NCBI GenBank assembly: GCA_945873755.1
Contig: CAMCEM010000004.1
Span: forward strand, 1-57,844
DNA from: Chitinophaga pinensis
Lineage (GTDB): Bacteria > Bacteroidota > Bacteroidia > UKL13-3
Direction: 5' to 3'
DNA: 57,844 nucleotides
Every line of letters begins with the position of its first letter. The stretch's first letter is position 1. Below, one piece after another: positions 37,071-46,700 of this stretch. A program made the translations under genes and the position numbers. A model generated the notes under the pieces. It was not told the DNA's origin, made no database searches, and saw only the letters and a list, made by a program, of their open reading frames with translations.

Positions 37071-39731
37071 CTACCAAAGTTCATATGTTTTTTGTCCCAA
37101 CAACTTTGCTTTCTCTATTGCAGCTTGTAAGCCATTTACATCGTTACCACCAGCAGTGGCATAAAATGGTTGTCCACCGCCACCACCTTTAATTTCTTTG
37201 GCCAATTCTTTTACAATATTTCCTGCATGCAATCCTTTTTCTTTAACTAAGTTATCGCTAATGATAACGCTCAACATGGGTTTTTCGTTTAACACACAAC
37301 CCAACACACAGAATAAATTTTCTACTTCGGTTTTTAGTTGAAAAGAAAGGTTTTTCAATTGTTCGGCATTGGATATAGTTATTTGTTGAATTAAAACATT
37401 AACACCATTCGAATTTCGAATTTCGGATTTAATATTTGTTTTGATTGCAATTGTTTTTTCATTTTCAAATACCTCTAACTTTTTTAACAAATCAGCTTTT
37501 TCACCGATTAATTGTTCTACAGATTTTAAAATATCTTTTGAGCTAAAAGTCTTTTCTAAACTTTCAACAGCCAACTGCCATCCATCAACAAGTTCTTGTG
37601 CAGCATCTGCAGTAATGGCTTCAATCCTGCGCACTCCAGCAGCCACCGCAGCTTCACTTACTATTTTAAATAATCCAATTTGACCAGTAGCTTTTACATG
37701 CGTTCCTCCGCAAAGTTCACGACTGAAATGTTCATCAAAAGTGATAACACGAACTGAATCGCCATATTTTTCTCCAAAAAGCATCATGGCACCCAATGTT
37801 TTTGCTTCTTCTATTGGAACACTTCTGCGTTCATCTAAACTAATATTTTCACGTATTTTTTGATTTACAATTTGCTCTACTTTGGCTATCTCTTCTTTAG
37901 TCATGGCCGAAAAATGTGAAAAGTCGAAACGTAAATTTCCGTTGTTAACCAAACTTCCTTTTTGTGCCACATGCGTTCCTAAAACTTGACGTAAAGCCGC
38001 ATGCAATAAATGCGTTGCTGAGTGGTTATTTTCAGTTAATTTACGTTTGGCAGTATCAACCGAAGCAGTAAAAATGGCTTCCACATTTTCGGGCAATGAT
38101 TCAGTAAAATGAATGATTAAATTGTTCTCTTTTTTGGTATCAATAATTTCTACTTTTTCGTTGATATTTCCAATAAAACCTGTATCGCCAATTTGCCCAC
38201 CACCTTCAGGATAAAAAGGTGTTTGGTTAAATACCAATTGGTAACTTTCTTTACCTTTGGCTTTTACTTTTCGGTATTTTGTAATTTGAATTTCAGCTTC
38301 AGTTTGATCGTAACCAAGAAAAATGGTTTGGGTTTGTTGTGTAGACGTTGCATGCAACGTCTCTAACCAATCATCTGTGGTTAATTCGGTTGCTTTTCGT
38401 GAACGTGCTTTTTGGTTTTGTAATTCGATTTCAAAACCTGCTTCATCTACAACTAAATTTTTTTCTGAAGCAATTAATTTTGTTAAATCTAGTGGAAAAC
38501 CAAAAGTATCATACAATTCAAAAACAATTTTACCATCTAAATTAGTAATATTATCTAATTTACGAATTCCATTTTCCAACGTCCTCAAAAAACTAACTTC
38601 TTCTTCTCTGATCACCTTACTTACAAAATCTTTTTGAGCAAATAATTCAGGGAAAACGTTTTTAAAACTATCGGCAATTAGCAAAGCCAATTGACACATA
38701 AAAGGTTCTTTAATGCCTAAAAACTGGAATTGGTAACGAACTGCTCTGCGTAAAATTCTGCGTATTACATAACCAGCACCATTATTACTTGGCAATTGTC
38801 CATCGGCAATGGCAAAACTAATGGCGCGAATATGATCGGCCATTACACGCATGGCTATATCTTGTCTGCGCTCGACATGACTAACGTTTTCATCCTCTGA
38901 AGCAGAAAAATTGTATTTAAATCCAGAATATTTTTCAATGAATTGAATGGTTGGTACAAAAACATCGGTATCGTAGTTACTGGTTTTCCCTTCAATGGCA
39001 CGCACCAAACGTTCAAAACCCATTCCTGTATCTACGTGTTGCGCAGGTAATTTTTCTAAGCTTCCATCTGTTTTGCGGTTAAATTCCATGAACACATTGT
39101 TCCAAATTTCGATCACTTGCGGGTGGTCGTTATTTACCAATATTTTTCCATCAACCAAAGCACGTTCAGCGTCTGGTCGTAAGTCAATATGAATTTCAGA
39201 GCACGGGCCACAAGGGCCAGTGTCGCCCATTTCCCAAAAATTATCTTTTTTGTTTCCGTTTAAAATTCGGTCTTCGGCAATGTATAATTTCCAATTATCA
39301 AATGCTTCTTGGTCAAAGGCTAAACCTTCTTTGGCATCGCCTTCAAAAACAGTTACGTAAAGTCTATCTTTTGGAAGTTTATATACATCCACCAATAATT
39401 CCCAAGCCCATTCAATGGCTTCTTTTTTAAAGTAATCGCCAAAGCTCCAATTGCCCAACATTTCAAACATGGTATGGTGATAGGTGTCCACGCCAACTTC
39501 TTCTAAATCGTTGTGCTTTCCACTTACTCGCAAACATTTTTGAGTATCAACTACACGTTTGTATTTAGGAGTTTCATTGCCCAAAAACCAATCTTTAAAT
39601 TGATTCATTCCTGCGTTGGTAAACATTAAAGTAGGGTCGTTTTTAACAACTATGGGTGCCGAAGGAACTCTGGTATGTCCTTTACTTTCAAAAAAACTTA
39701 AAAATTGTTCGCGTATATCTGCTGAAGTCAT
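37071..39731 (-). CDS. alaS: alanine--tRNA ligase
   Basis: 886 aa; [28 protein letters not shown], editing-domain HSATHLLH, C-terminal GGGGGQP. Confidence 0.95.
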   Translation of the reverse strand: MTSADIREQFLSFFESKGHTRVPSAPIVVKNDPTLMFTNAGMNQFKDWFLGNETPKYKRVVDTQKCLRVSGKHNDLEEVGVDTYHHTMFEMLGNWSFGDYFKKEAIEWAWELLVDVYKLPKDRLYVTVFEGDAKEGLAFDQEAFDNWKLYIAEDRILNGNKKDNFWEMGDTGPCGPCSEIHIDLRPDAERALVDGKILVNNDHPQVIEIWNNVFMEFNRKTDGSLEKLPAQHVDTGMGFERLVRAIEGKTSNYDTDVFVPTIQFIEKYSGFKYNFSASEDENVSHVERRQDIAMRVMADHIRAISFAIADGQLPSNNGAGYVIRRILRRAVRYQFQFLGIKEPFMCQLALLIADSFKNVFPELFAQKDFVSKVIREEEVSFLRTLENGIRKLDNITNLDGKIVFELYDTFGFPLDLTKLIASEKNLVVDEAGFEIELQNQKARSRKATELTTDDWLETLHATSTQQTQTIFLGYDQTEAEIQITKYRKVKAKGKESYQLVFNQTPFYPEGGGQIGDTGFIGNINEKVEIIDTKKENNLIIHFTESLPENVEAIFTASVDTAKRKLTENNHSATHLLHAALRQVLGTHVAQKGSLVNNGNLRFDFSHFSAMTKEEIAKVEQIVNQKIRENISLDERRSVPIEEAKTLGAMMLFGEKYGDSVRVITFDEHFSRELCGGTHVKATGQIGLFKIVSEAAVAAGVRRIEAITADAAQELVDGWQLAVESLEKTFSSKDILKSVEQLIGEKADLLKKLEVFENEKTIAIKTNIKSEIRNSNGVNVLIQQITISNAEQLKNLSFQLKTEVENLFCVLGCVLNEKPMLSVIISDNLVKEKGLHAGNIVKELAKEIKGGGGGQPFYATAGGNDVNGLQAAIEKAKLLGQKTYELW

Positions 39732-39861
39732 GTAATTATAAAAAATCTAATGTTATTATGCTAAAAAATTACTTAATTTTAATATTTTCGCCTCTTGTAT
39801 TTATTAAAAATAGTATTGAAACAAGTTTCAATATAAATATTTTTTATTCGTAACTAAAAGC

Positions 39862-40827
39862 TTGGCAAAGATAAAATACTTTTACAATCCAAATAAATTA
39901 GACTTTGAAAAAGTTAGAACAAATTTTACCACAATAATTTGGCGAATTTTTGGCTTTTTGTCAGCGTCTATTGTTGCCGGTGCTATAATGGTTATGGCGC
40001 TTTATAGTTTTATTGATTCGCCTAAAGAAAAAATACTTCAAAGAGAAAATAAACAATATAAAGAACAGTTAAATAGATTACAAGCCCGTGTAAGTGAATT
40101 AAGTATGGTGCTTGGCGAATTGCAAGACCGCGATGCAAAAATATATAGAACTATTTTTGAAGCTGATCCTATTTCATTTAAACCTAAGTTTAATCCTAGC
40201 GATAGAAAATACCGATTGGCTGAAGGATTTAATGATGCAGAAATTATAAATGATTTAAATAATAAAGTTGAAAAAATTACCAGTTTGGTTGAATTGCAAT
40301 CAAAATCGTTTGATGAATTAAAAAAGTTAGCCGATAGTAAATCTGATTTCTTGGCTTCGATTCCTGCTATTCAACCCATAGCAAATAAAGATTTAAAACG
40401 CATTGCTTCGGGATTTGGTTATAGAATTCATCCTATTTATAAAACTACCAAATTCCACTCAGGCATAGATTTTACTGCACCTACAAGAACCCCAGTTTAT
40501 GCAACAGGAAATGGTACCATCATTTTTGCAAAGTATGAAGGAAGAGGATATGGAAACCATATTATAATCAATCATGGTTTTGGATACAAAAGTTTATATG
40601 GGCACTTAAGCAGCATTGAGGTGTATGAACGACAAAAGGTAAAAAGAGGAGAACTGATTGGTTATGTAGGTAACACAGGAACTTCAACAGCCCCACATTT
40701 ACATTATGAAGTTGAAAAAGGAGTTAAAAAAGTGAATCCAATTAATTATTTCTTTAACGATATCAGCGAAGCCGATTATGAGGCAATAAGAGATATTTCT
40801 GCTAGACCAACCCAATCATTCGATTAG
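39862..40827 (+). CDS. M23 family metallopeptidase
   Basis: TTG start, N-terminal TM segment, coiled-coil. HSGIDFTAP...GNTGTSTAPHLHYEV. Confidence 0.85.
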   Translation: MAKIKYFYNPNKLDFEKVRTNFTTIIWRIFGFLSASIVAGAIMVMALYSFIDSPKEKILQRENKQYKEQLNRLQARVSELSMVLGELQDRDAKIYRTIFEADPISFKPKFNPSDRKYRLAEGFNDAEIINDLNNKVEKITSLVELQSKSFDELKKLADSKSDFLASIPAIQPIANKDLKRIASGFGYRIHPIYKTTKFHSGIDFTAPTRTPVYATGNGTIIFAKYEGRGYGNHIIINHGFGYKSLYGHLSSIEVYERQKVKRGELIGYVGNTGTSTAPHLHYEVEKGVKKVNPINYFFNDISEADYEAIRDISARPTQSFD

Positions 40828-40866
40828 TAACTGTATTGTAAATATTACAGTTATTAATTTTTTTTT
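40828..40866 (+). terminator. intrinsic terminator after the M23 peptidase gene
   Basis: taactgta (40828..40835) pairs with tacagtta (40846..40853), followed by a T-run. Confidence 0.55.
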
Positions 40867-40939
40867 AAATAAATTTAATAAATACTTGGTTTTTAACATT
40901 TTTTAATCGTTAATTTGTTTAATCAATTACACCAACGGT

Positions 40940-41566
40940 ATGAAAAAGTTACTAATCATTTTTACAATTATTTTAATTGGCAAATTTTCGATAGCAGAAA
41001 ATTGCAAAGTTGAGTTTAATTTTCTACTAAAAAACAAAAATTGGAAACCAACTATTTCATCAATAGTAAATGGAATAATTTATGTAGATGTAGAAAGTGA
41101 AAACGACAGTTTAATAATTCAATTAAATAAAGAAATTAACTGTAATAATACACTTGCAAATGTTTATTTAGATGAAACTAAAGTACCTGTTTCACCAAAA
41201 GGAAATGAAATAAAAACAACTTCAAATGGTGGTTTGTACAAAATTGAAATTATTGGCCCAGGTAGTAGTGAGTGGTTTAAAATATTTGTAAGAGTTACTA
41301 AACCAACTGTTGTAAAAAACACTGTTCCATTAGTTTTAGTTCATATTTACCCAAACCCTGCAACAACTAATTTTTTTGTAGAAAATGCCGCACAAGTAGA
41401 AACAATAAAAATATATGACATAACTGGAGCTGTGGTTTTAGTAGTTGAAAATTCTTTTAGAAAAGATATTTTAGATATTGACATTGCTAAATTACCAGCA
41501 GGTCAGTATTTTTTAGCTTTACAAAACGATAAAACAAAAATTACAAAAAAGTTAGTGAAATTATAA
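40940..41566 (+). CDS. small secreted protein with a T9SS C-terminal sorting domain
   Basis: 208 aa with a signal peptide. IYPNPATTNFFVEN...AGQYFLALQN...KKLVKL. Confidence 0.7.
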   Translation: MKKLLIIFTIILIGKFSIAENCKVEFNFLLKNKNWKPTISSIVNGIIYVDVESENDSLIIQLNKEINCNNTLANVYLDETKVPVSPKGNEIKTTSNGGLYKIEIIGPGSSEWFKIFVRVTKPTVVKNTVPLVLVHIYPNPATTNFFVENAAQVETIKIYDITGAVVLVVENSFRKDILDIDIAKLPAGQYFLALQNDKTKITKKLVKL

Positions 41567-41583
41567 CAAGGAATTTTAACCAC

Positions 41584-41619
41584 AAAAAAGCGCTGAATTT
41601 TTAATTTAGCGCTTTTTTT
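41584..41619 (+). terminator. intrinsic terminator
   Basis: agcgctgaatt / aatttagcgct stem (one mismatch) followed by a T7 run. Confidence 0.65.
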
Positions 41620-41629
41620 ATTATCAATT

Positions 41630-41825
41630 GCATCCGTCAAAGTCTCGTTGGTGGAAACTATTATTGAGCCTCTGGCTTTTATAATTAATTGTAATTAAAA
41701 ATTATAGTCATTGCCAGAGGCAATTTAATAGTCCTCACCAACCAGAGGTTGGCGAGTGCTATGAAACACCGCGCATCCGCCAACGTCTCGTTGGTGGAAA
41801 CTATTTTGAGCTTCTAGCTCAGCTT
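41630..41825 (+). repeat. repeat family D: two direct ~50 nt copies around an internal palindromic spacer
   Basis: gcatccgtcaaagtctcgttggtggaaactattattgagcctctggc (41630..) aligns with gcatccgccaacgtctcgttggtggaaactattttgagcttctagc (41773..). Between them are gcctctggc/gccagaggc and ccaacc-aga-ggttgg hairpins. Confidence 0.8.
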
Positions 41826-41898
41826 TAACACTACATATTTAAACTTACAGGGCAGACACATAGGTCTGCCCCAACAGGCTGCCCCAACAGGTCAGCCC

Positions 41899-43227
41899 CT
41901 ACGAGGCTTCTTCAATTTTAACTTTAATTTTCTTTAGCTTTTCGTTTTTAACTTTAGCCAATACATCGCGTACTTTTTTACGGTTAATAGAAACATATGA
42001 CGAATGATCTAAAATGGTTATTAAACCTAAGTCCTCTCCTATTAATTCGCCTTTTTTCATAAATAACCCTGCTATGTCGCCTTTGCTAATTTTATCTTTT
42101 TTACCTGCGCTTATGTAAATGCACTCAAAGGTAGGCGGAGGTGGTAGTTTCATTTCTTCGGGAAGTGTTATTTCCTTAAATTCTTTTTTGTGCATATAAA
42201 CAGGCAAAGTTTCATCTTCTGCCAGTATTAGATAAGCCTCTCCATCGGCATGCATTCGAGCTGTGCGCCCATTGCGGTGTGTAAACTCTTCTAAATGAAC
42301 AGGCATTTGGTAATGCACCACATGTTTTATTTCGGGAATATCTAATCCACGGGCAGCCAAGTCGGTTGCTATTAGTACATTGCAAGCACCCCCTCTAAAT
42401 TTAATTAAATTTTTTTCTCTATCAATTTGTTCTAAATCGCCATGAAATACGCCATGTGCAAATCGGTATTTATCCAAAACCGCACTAATTCTGTTTACTG
42501 CATCTTTGTGGTTACAAAACACTAAACAAACTTCTTGGTTAAAACCTGCAATTAAACGCATTAAAGTTTCTACTTTTTCAGTACTTTCTGTTTTTAGTAA
42601 GTTAAGCTTCAGTTTCGATTCTACTTCTTGGTGCTGGTAATCCAATGTTTCAACACTTAAAAAAGGTAAAAACTTAGGCAATTCTGCAAGTCTAGTGGCT
42701 GATGTTAAAATATGGCTTTGGGTTTTATTTAATGAAAAGAAAATGGTTTTTAACTGTTCGTGAAAACCCATTTGTAACGATTTATCAAACTCATCTAAAA
42801 CCACATAATGAATGGTTGAAGGGTCGAACGATTGGCGTTCAATATGATCGGCCAAGCGGCCAGGTGTGCCAATAATTACTGCGGGTGCTTCGCTTAAACT
42901 GTTCTGTTCAATTTTAAATGAATGACCACCATAGCAGCAAGTGGCTTTAAAATTGGTTTTCATGGCTTTAAAAACAGTTTCTATTTGTATAGAAAGCTCG
43001 CGCGATGGAGCAACAATTAAAGCTTGAACTCCTTTTTTGTCAGCTTGTAAAGTATTAAGCACTGGTATCAAAAACGACAATGTTTTACCCGAACCCGTTG
43101 GTGCAATAACCATTAAATTTTTACTGCTTGCCGCCTTTTCAATTACCTCCTCTTGCATTTGGTTAAAATTTTCAATTCCTAAATTTGATAATATAGTTGC
43201 GTAAGTGGTATTTAAATTATTTTGCAT
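41899..43227 (-). CDS. DEAD-box-type ATP-dependent RNA helicase with a DbpA-like C-terminal RNA-binding domain
   Basis: APTGSGKT, VVLDEFD (motif II), TSAT, HRNGRTAR. The C-terminus GKKDKISKGDIAGLF...VSINRKK is DbpA-like. Confidence 0.85.
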   Translation of the reverse strand: MQNNLNTTYATILSNLGIENFNQMQEEVIEKAASSKNLMVIAPTGSGKTLSFLIPVLNTLQADKKGVQALIVAPSRELSIQIETVFKAMKTNFKATCCYGGHSFKIEQNSLSEAPAVIIGTPGRLADHIERQSFDPSTIHYVVLDEFDKSLQMGFHEQLKTIFFSLNKTQSHILTSATRLAELPKFLPFLSVETLDYQHQEVESKLKLNLLKTESTEKVETLMRLIAGFNQEVCLVFCNHKDAVNRISAVLDKYRFAHGVFHGDLEQIDREKNLIKFRGGACNVLIATDLAARGLDIPEIKHVVHYQMPVHLEEFTHRNGRTARMHADGEAYLILAEDETLPVYMHKKEFKEITLPEEMKLPPPPTFECIYISAGKKDKISKGDIAGLFMKKGELIGEDLGLITILDHSSYVSINRKKVRDVLAKVKNEKLKKIKVKIEEAS

Positions 43228-43326
43228 GGCGCGAAGGTAAGGGAATAAGGTGTTGATTGGTTTAATTGTTGATTTTTGACCGTTATTGGTATCCTTAATC
43301 TGCTGCTTTTAATTTATAAGCCAAAC

Positions 43327-43443
43327 AAAAAACCGTCTGACGCCTTCCATACTCAATTAATTTCCTCAATCGTCTGACGGTGTGTTAATAAAAAACCGTC
43401 TGACGCATTTCCTGCTCAATTCCTTTGCCCAATCGTCTGACGG
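43327..43443 (-). repeat. 63 bp tandem duplication (x2) of a terminator-like unit; four copies of the palindromic motif CGTC-N-GACG
   Basis: Units lie at 43327..43380 and 43390..43443. On the minus strand each reads CCGTCAGACG-loop-GCGTCAGACGG-TTTTTT. The motif occurs at 43334, 43371, 43397 and 43434. Confidence 0.8.
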
Positions 43444-43446
43444 TAG

Positions 43447-44067
43447 TTACTTTAACCTATAAGCCAAACCAATAACCCAAGTATTATTTAACCCTCCGGT
43501 ATTGTTACTTATGTTTAATATACCAGTTTGATATTGCCCATATAGCGCCCATTTTTTATAACATATAGTAGCACTTAAAATTCCGCCCATATCCAAATTG
43601 TTATATTTATGCTCTTGTTCGTGGCTCAGGTAATAATGCTGTGGGTTTGTAAATGCTGAAAACAAATAACCGCCATAAGCACCGGCACCTAATAATATAT
43701 TAGTGGGGCCGCTAAATTGGTGATTATAATTTAATACCACAGGCAATTGCACATAATGCAAATACACATTTTCAGTGTAGGAAAGAACTTTTTCGCCTAC
43801 TGCATTTGTGTAAATTACCTCTCTGGCTGAACCTTTGCGCACATAACTTAAACCAACATGGGTGTAAAATTTAGCATTCCATTTAGTTTGTAAATGAGTA
43901 CCCATTTCAAGCCCTGTTAAGGCTTGGTTAAATATGCTATTATTACTTAAATTATTTTGGGTAACACCCATCTTTACAAAAAGATGGGTGTTTTTAAAAA
44001 GGCTGTCAAGCTTTTGCGCTTGGGCTTGCATGGCAATAAAGCAGCTAAGTATAAATAAGGGTTTCAT
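43447..44067 (-). CDS. small outer-membrane beta-barrel (porin-family) protein
   Basis: 206 aa; signal peptide ...AMQAQAQ. Alternating aromatic/Gly strands; C-terminal ...VIGLAYRLK. Confidence 0.6.
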   Translation of the reverse strand: MKPLFILSCFIAMQAQAQKLDSLFKNTHLFVKMGVTQNNLSNNSIFNQALTGLEMGTHLQTKWNAKFYTHVGLSYVRKGSAREVIYTNAVGEKVLSYTENVYLHYVQLPVVLNYNHQFSGPTNILLGAGAYGGYLFSAFTNPQHYYLSHEQEHKYNNLDMGGILSATICYKKWALYGQYQTGILNISNNTGGLNNTWVIGLAYRLK

Positions 44068-44068
44068 G

Positions 44069-46249
44069 CTATTTGGCTATAATAAGTTTTTTGGTTTCGG
44101 AGTAACCATTACTAGCATTTAATGTAACTAAATATACTCCAGCAGCCAAATCTTGTGTGTTAATAGTTTCTTGATTATTACCTGTAATATTAACACTTTT
44201 AACAAAAGTACCTGCTAAATTATAAATATTAATACTTTCACCTATTGCTCCGTTTAATTGGAATAGTACAGTTGCAATATCATTGGCAGGGTTAGGGTAA
44301 ATTTTAAAGGTGATTTGATGCTGTTGTTGCTTGTTTTTTAATTCGTTTAGATTTTGTGGTGGAGAAGTTTTAGAAAGTGAAATATTTCCTTTATACTTAC
44401 TATTTAATCCGCTACAAAATGTTCTTATTTCGTCTTCATTTGTTACCAAGCCATGATTATCATAACTGCAAGGCGGGTTATCAGCTAAATCAAAAACTTG
44501 AAGTGTTACTTCTCCTCCAATAGGTATTATTTCGTATTCGGTAGAAATTGTTATTTCTTCTCCAGCTTCGTAAATACTAGAGCCATTAAGAATATTCATA
44601 TTACCATCTTTAAATGTAATTAATTTTTTTGCGTATGTATTAGTAGTAGATGTAATTGATACAGAATTAAAATTTAATTCTGGTTGATGAATTGATGCCA
44701 TGGTGTAACGGTATGCACTATAACCTTGAGTAAAGGTATTGAAATTATACTCTTCACTACCACCAATAATACTAGATTCGATTGGATAGGTAAACATGTG
44801 AACCGCTCTGTTTGGACTTTCATCTTTACCCAACTCTTTCGACTCTAAAACTAACATAACGCATAATTCAAGCTCTTTAGGTAAAATAACATTACTTGTT
44901 CTTACAACCGCAGGCTCAAAATCTATAGTATTAGTTGAAATAGAAGTAAAATCAATTAATGTAACCAATTTTTCAATACATGATGCTGGTAAATATGGAG
45001 ATTGCAAATAGTATTCTGTTCCATTTGGCAAATCTTTTGAATGTCTAATTTCCCAATTTAAATTTTCAATGTATTTTGCATTTGATGGTAATTGATGTTT
45101 CATACGCAATGCAAATAATACACGAGTATTATCCATGTTTGGCTTAATGGCAGGGTTTATACTGTATTTAATATCATTTTCTAATCTTAAGCCAATTTCA
45201 TGTCTATCAGTTATTTTTTCTCTATCAATCCCATTATTTTCACCTTCTACCGGCCCTCCGCCTAGCGAAAATACACGTGTATTACTAAATTTATAATAAA
45301 CTTGAATTTTTGGCTTGTAATACAGTGCAAATACACCCAAATGCTCGTTATACAATGGGTATTTGGGGGTGTTAATCAAATCAAATGTGTTAGTATTTAA
45401 ACTACCAGGATTTCCAAATATTGTTCTTTCTACCCTATCATGGTCGGTAAGTGTTCCCTCTATTCTCATTTCACCTTGAATTACGCTTGGCATACCCGGC
45501 ATTTTTGCTTCTTCTTTTAAGCGACTTGCATAATAATCGGTATATTTACCCGCAGCCATACCGCCATAAATAACAGCTTCAAGAATATCTTTACTTTTAG
45601 TAGCTCCCAAGGCTGTTCCACCTATCAATATTGATTTCATTTTAGCAGCTAAAAAGGCTTTGCCACCTGTGGCAATGTATGCCCCTACTGTTAGTGCTGT
45701 GCTCCAAGCTTTTATTTTATCTGCATCTTGCTTTTCCATTTTGTAGGCTTTCATCCGCTTGTCGTAATCGGCTGCTAGAGTGTTTACATTTTTATAAATA
45801 AGTGCCCCAGCCTTTATTTCGTTTATATCGTTTTTATAATCCATAGAACTTAAAAAAGTAGGATCTAGTACAGCAGTGTTTAGGCCTCCCTTTAAATAAT
45901 CAATTGGGGTACTAGTACCAATAAATCTACCATATAGTTTTATGTCTGATGTTTCCACAAATTCTACCAAAACTTCTATTCGGCTATCAAAATCACAAAC
46001 ACAAGGGTCATAAGCCATTTTAAAATCGCCATAAAACCACCTATTATAGGAATTAGGATGTGTGGAACTAGATACCAGCTCGGTTACAGTTGTATATTGA
46101 TCCAAAGCTTGAGCCTTGGCAGTATTGTTGCTAAATGTAATTGCCTTGTTAAAGCCGTCTTGAAATTTCAAAATAACATTGGCTACATCGTAACCTACTA
46201 TATTAGCCATGGTAAACACCCTAAGGGTAGATTCGAATTTATTGTACAA
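44069..46249 (-). CDS. large T9SS-CTD protein lacking its own signal peptide (probable C-terminal part of a split cargo gene)
   Basis: 726 aa with a TTG start in the track. CTD: KIYPNPANDIATV...AGVYLVTLNASNGYSETKKLIIAK. Same frame as 46292..46684, separated only by a TGA and 14 open codons. Confidence 0.7.
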   Translation of the reverse strand: MYNKFESTLRVFTMANIVGYDVANVILKFQDGFNKAITFSNNTAKAQALDQYTTVTELVSSSTHPNSYNRWFYGDFKMAYDPCVCDFDSRIEVLVEFVETSDIKLYGRFIGTSTPIDYLKGGLNTAVLDPTFLSSMDYKNDINEIKAGALIYKNVNTLAADYDKRMKAYKMEKQDADKIKAWSTALTVGAYIATGGKAFLAAKMKSILIGGTALGATKSKDILEAVIYGGMAAGKYTDYYASRLKEEAKMPGMPSVIQGEMRIEGTLTDHDRVERTIFGNPGSLNTNTFDLINTPKYPLYNEHLGVFALYYKPKIQVYYKFSNTRVFSLGGGPVEGENNGIDREKITDRHEIGLRLENDIKYSINPAIKPNMDNTRVLFALRMKHQLPSNAKYIENLNWEIRHSKDLPNGTEYYLQSPYLPASCIEKLVTLIDFTSISTNTIDFEPAVVRTSNVILPKELELCVMLVLESKELGKDESPNRAVHMFTYPIESSIIGGSEEYNFNTFTQGYSAYRYTMASIHQPELNFNSVSITSTTNTYAKKLITFKDGNMNILNGSSIYEAGEEITISTEYEIIPIGGEVTLQVFDLADNPPCSYDNHGLVTNEDEIRTFCSGLNSKYKGNISLSKTSPPQNLNELKNKQQQHQITFKIYPNPANDIATVLFQLNGAIGESINIYNLAGTFVKSVNITGNNQETINTQDLAAGVYLVTLNASNGYSETKKLIIAK

Positions 46250-46291
46250 TATAAAACATGGAAACTGTGGTCTTGATGATTGGTTTACAGG

Positions 46292-46684
46292 TCAATTATC
46301 TAATCCTTTACCAAAACCACGGTATATTAACTCCCAACCGTCTTGTGGGCTAAAATCAATTACTGAAGTATCGTATGGAGAAGGTTTAAACGGAAAAAAA
46401 TTTTGCGCCCAAGGATTAGGAACTGCATTATTTAAGCCATCAAAAGGAAATCCTAAAAAATCGGCTTCTGTTAAAGCAGTTTGTGGGTCATCTACCATCC
46501 AGTTAAATGTATTGCGCATATCTGGTCTTTGGGTATTTTTATTTTGAGGCGGCAAATTGCCCCTTTGGTCTCCAGTATTGGTTGGTGGAGGGTAAGTAGC
46601 AATAATTTCATCATCGCATTGTGCCCACGTGGGGGTATTAATGCCAACTAGTAACATCAATACCAATAATTTTAAATTTTTCAT
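46292..46684 (-). CDS. signal-peptide-bearing 130 aa ORF (probable N-terminal part of the split cargo gene)
   Basis: The start was trimmed to MKNLKLLVLMLLVGINTPTWAQ (ATG at 46684). Ends ...GWELIYRGFGKGLDN-TGA (46294..46292). Confidence 0.6.
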   Translation of the reverse strand: MKNLKLLVLMLLVGINTPTWAQCDDEIIATYPPPTNTGDQRGNLPPQNKNTQRPDMRNTFNWMVDDPQTALTEADFLGFPFDGLNNAVPNPWAQNFFPFKPSPYDTSVIDFSPQDGWELIYRGFGKGLDN

Positions 46685-46700
46685 ATTTGTAAATTTTAGT

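Noticed and set aside
46240-46251. A perfect 12 bp palindrome, TATTGTACAATA, 40 nt downstream of the cargo TGA, considered as a possible SECIS or readthrough signal.
   Set aside because: The palindrome has no loop and is AT-rich. It does not resemble a bacterial SECIS, which has a GC-containing stem with an apical loop about 11-37 nt after the UGA. It probably arose by chance in AT-rich DNA.
10664-46294. Two in-frame TGAs (10664..10666 and 46292..46294) plus selD might indicate TGA reassignment or widespread Sec.
   Set aside because: TGA ends several normal-length genes here: the 30153..30716 ORF, miaA at 50199..50201, the EEP gene at 53068..53070 and the ABC ATPase at 15493..15495. The toxin also carries a frameshift, so it is simply decaying. 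Neither TGA sits in a Cys/redox motif. Sec is kept only as a low-probability option in the cargo finding.
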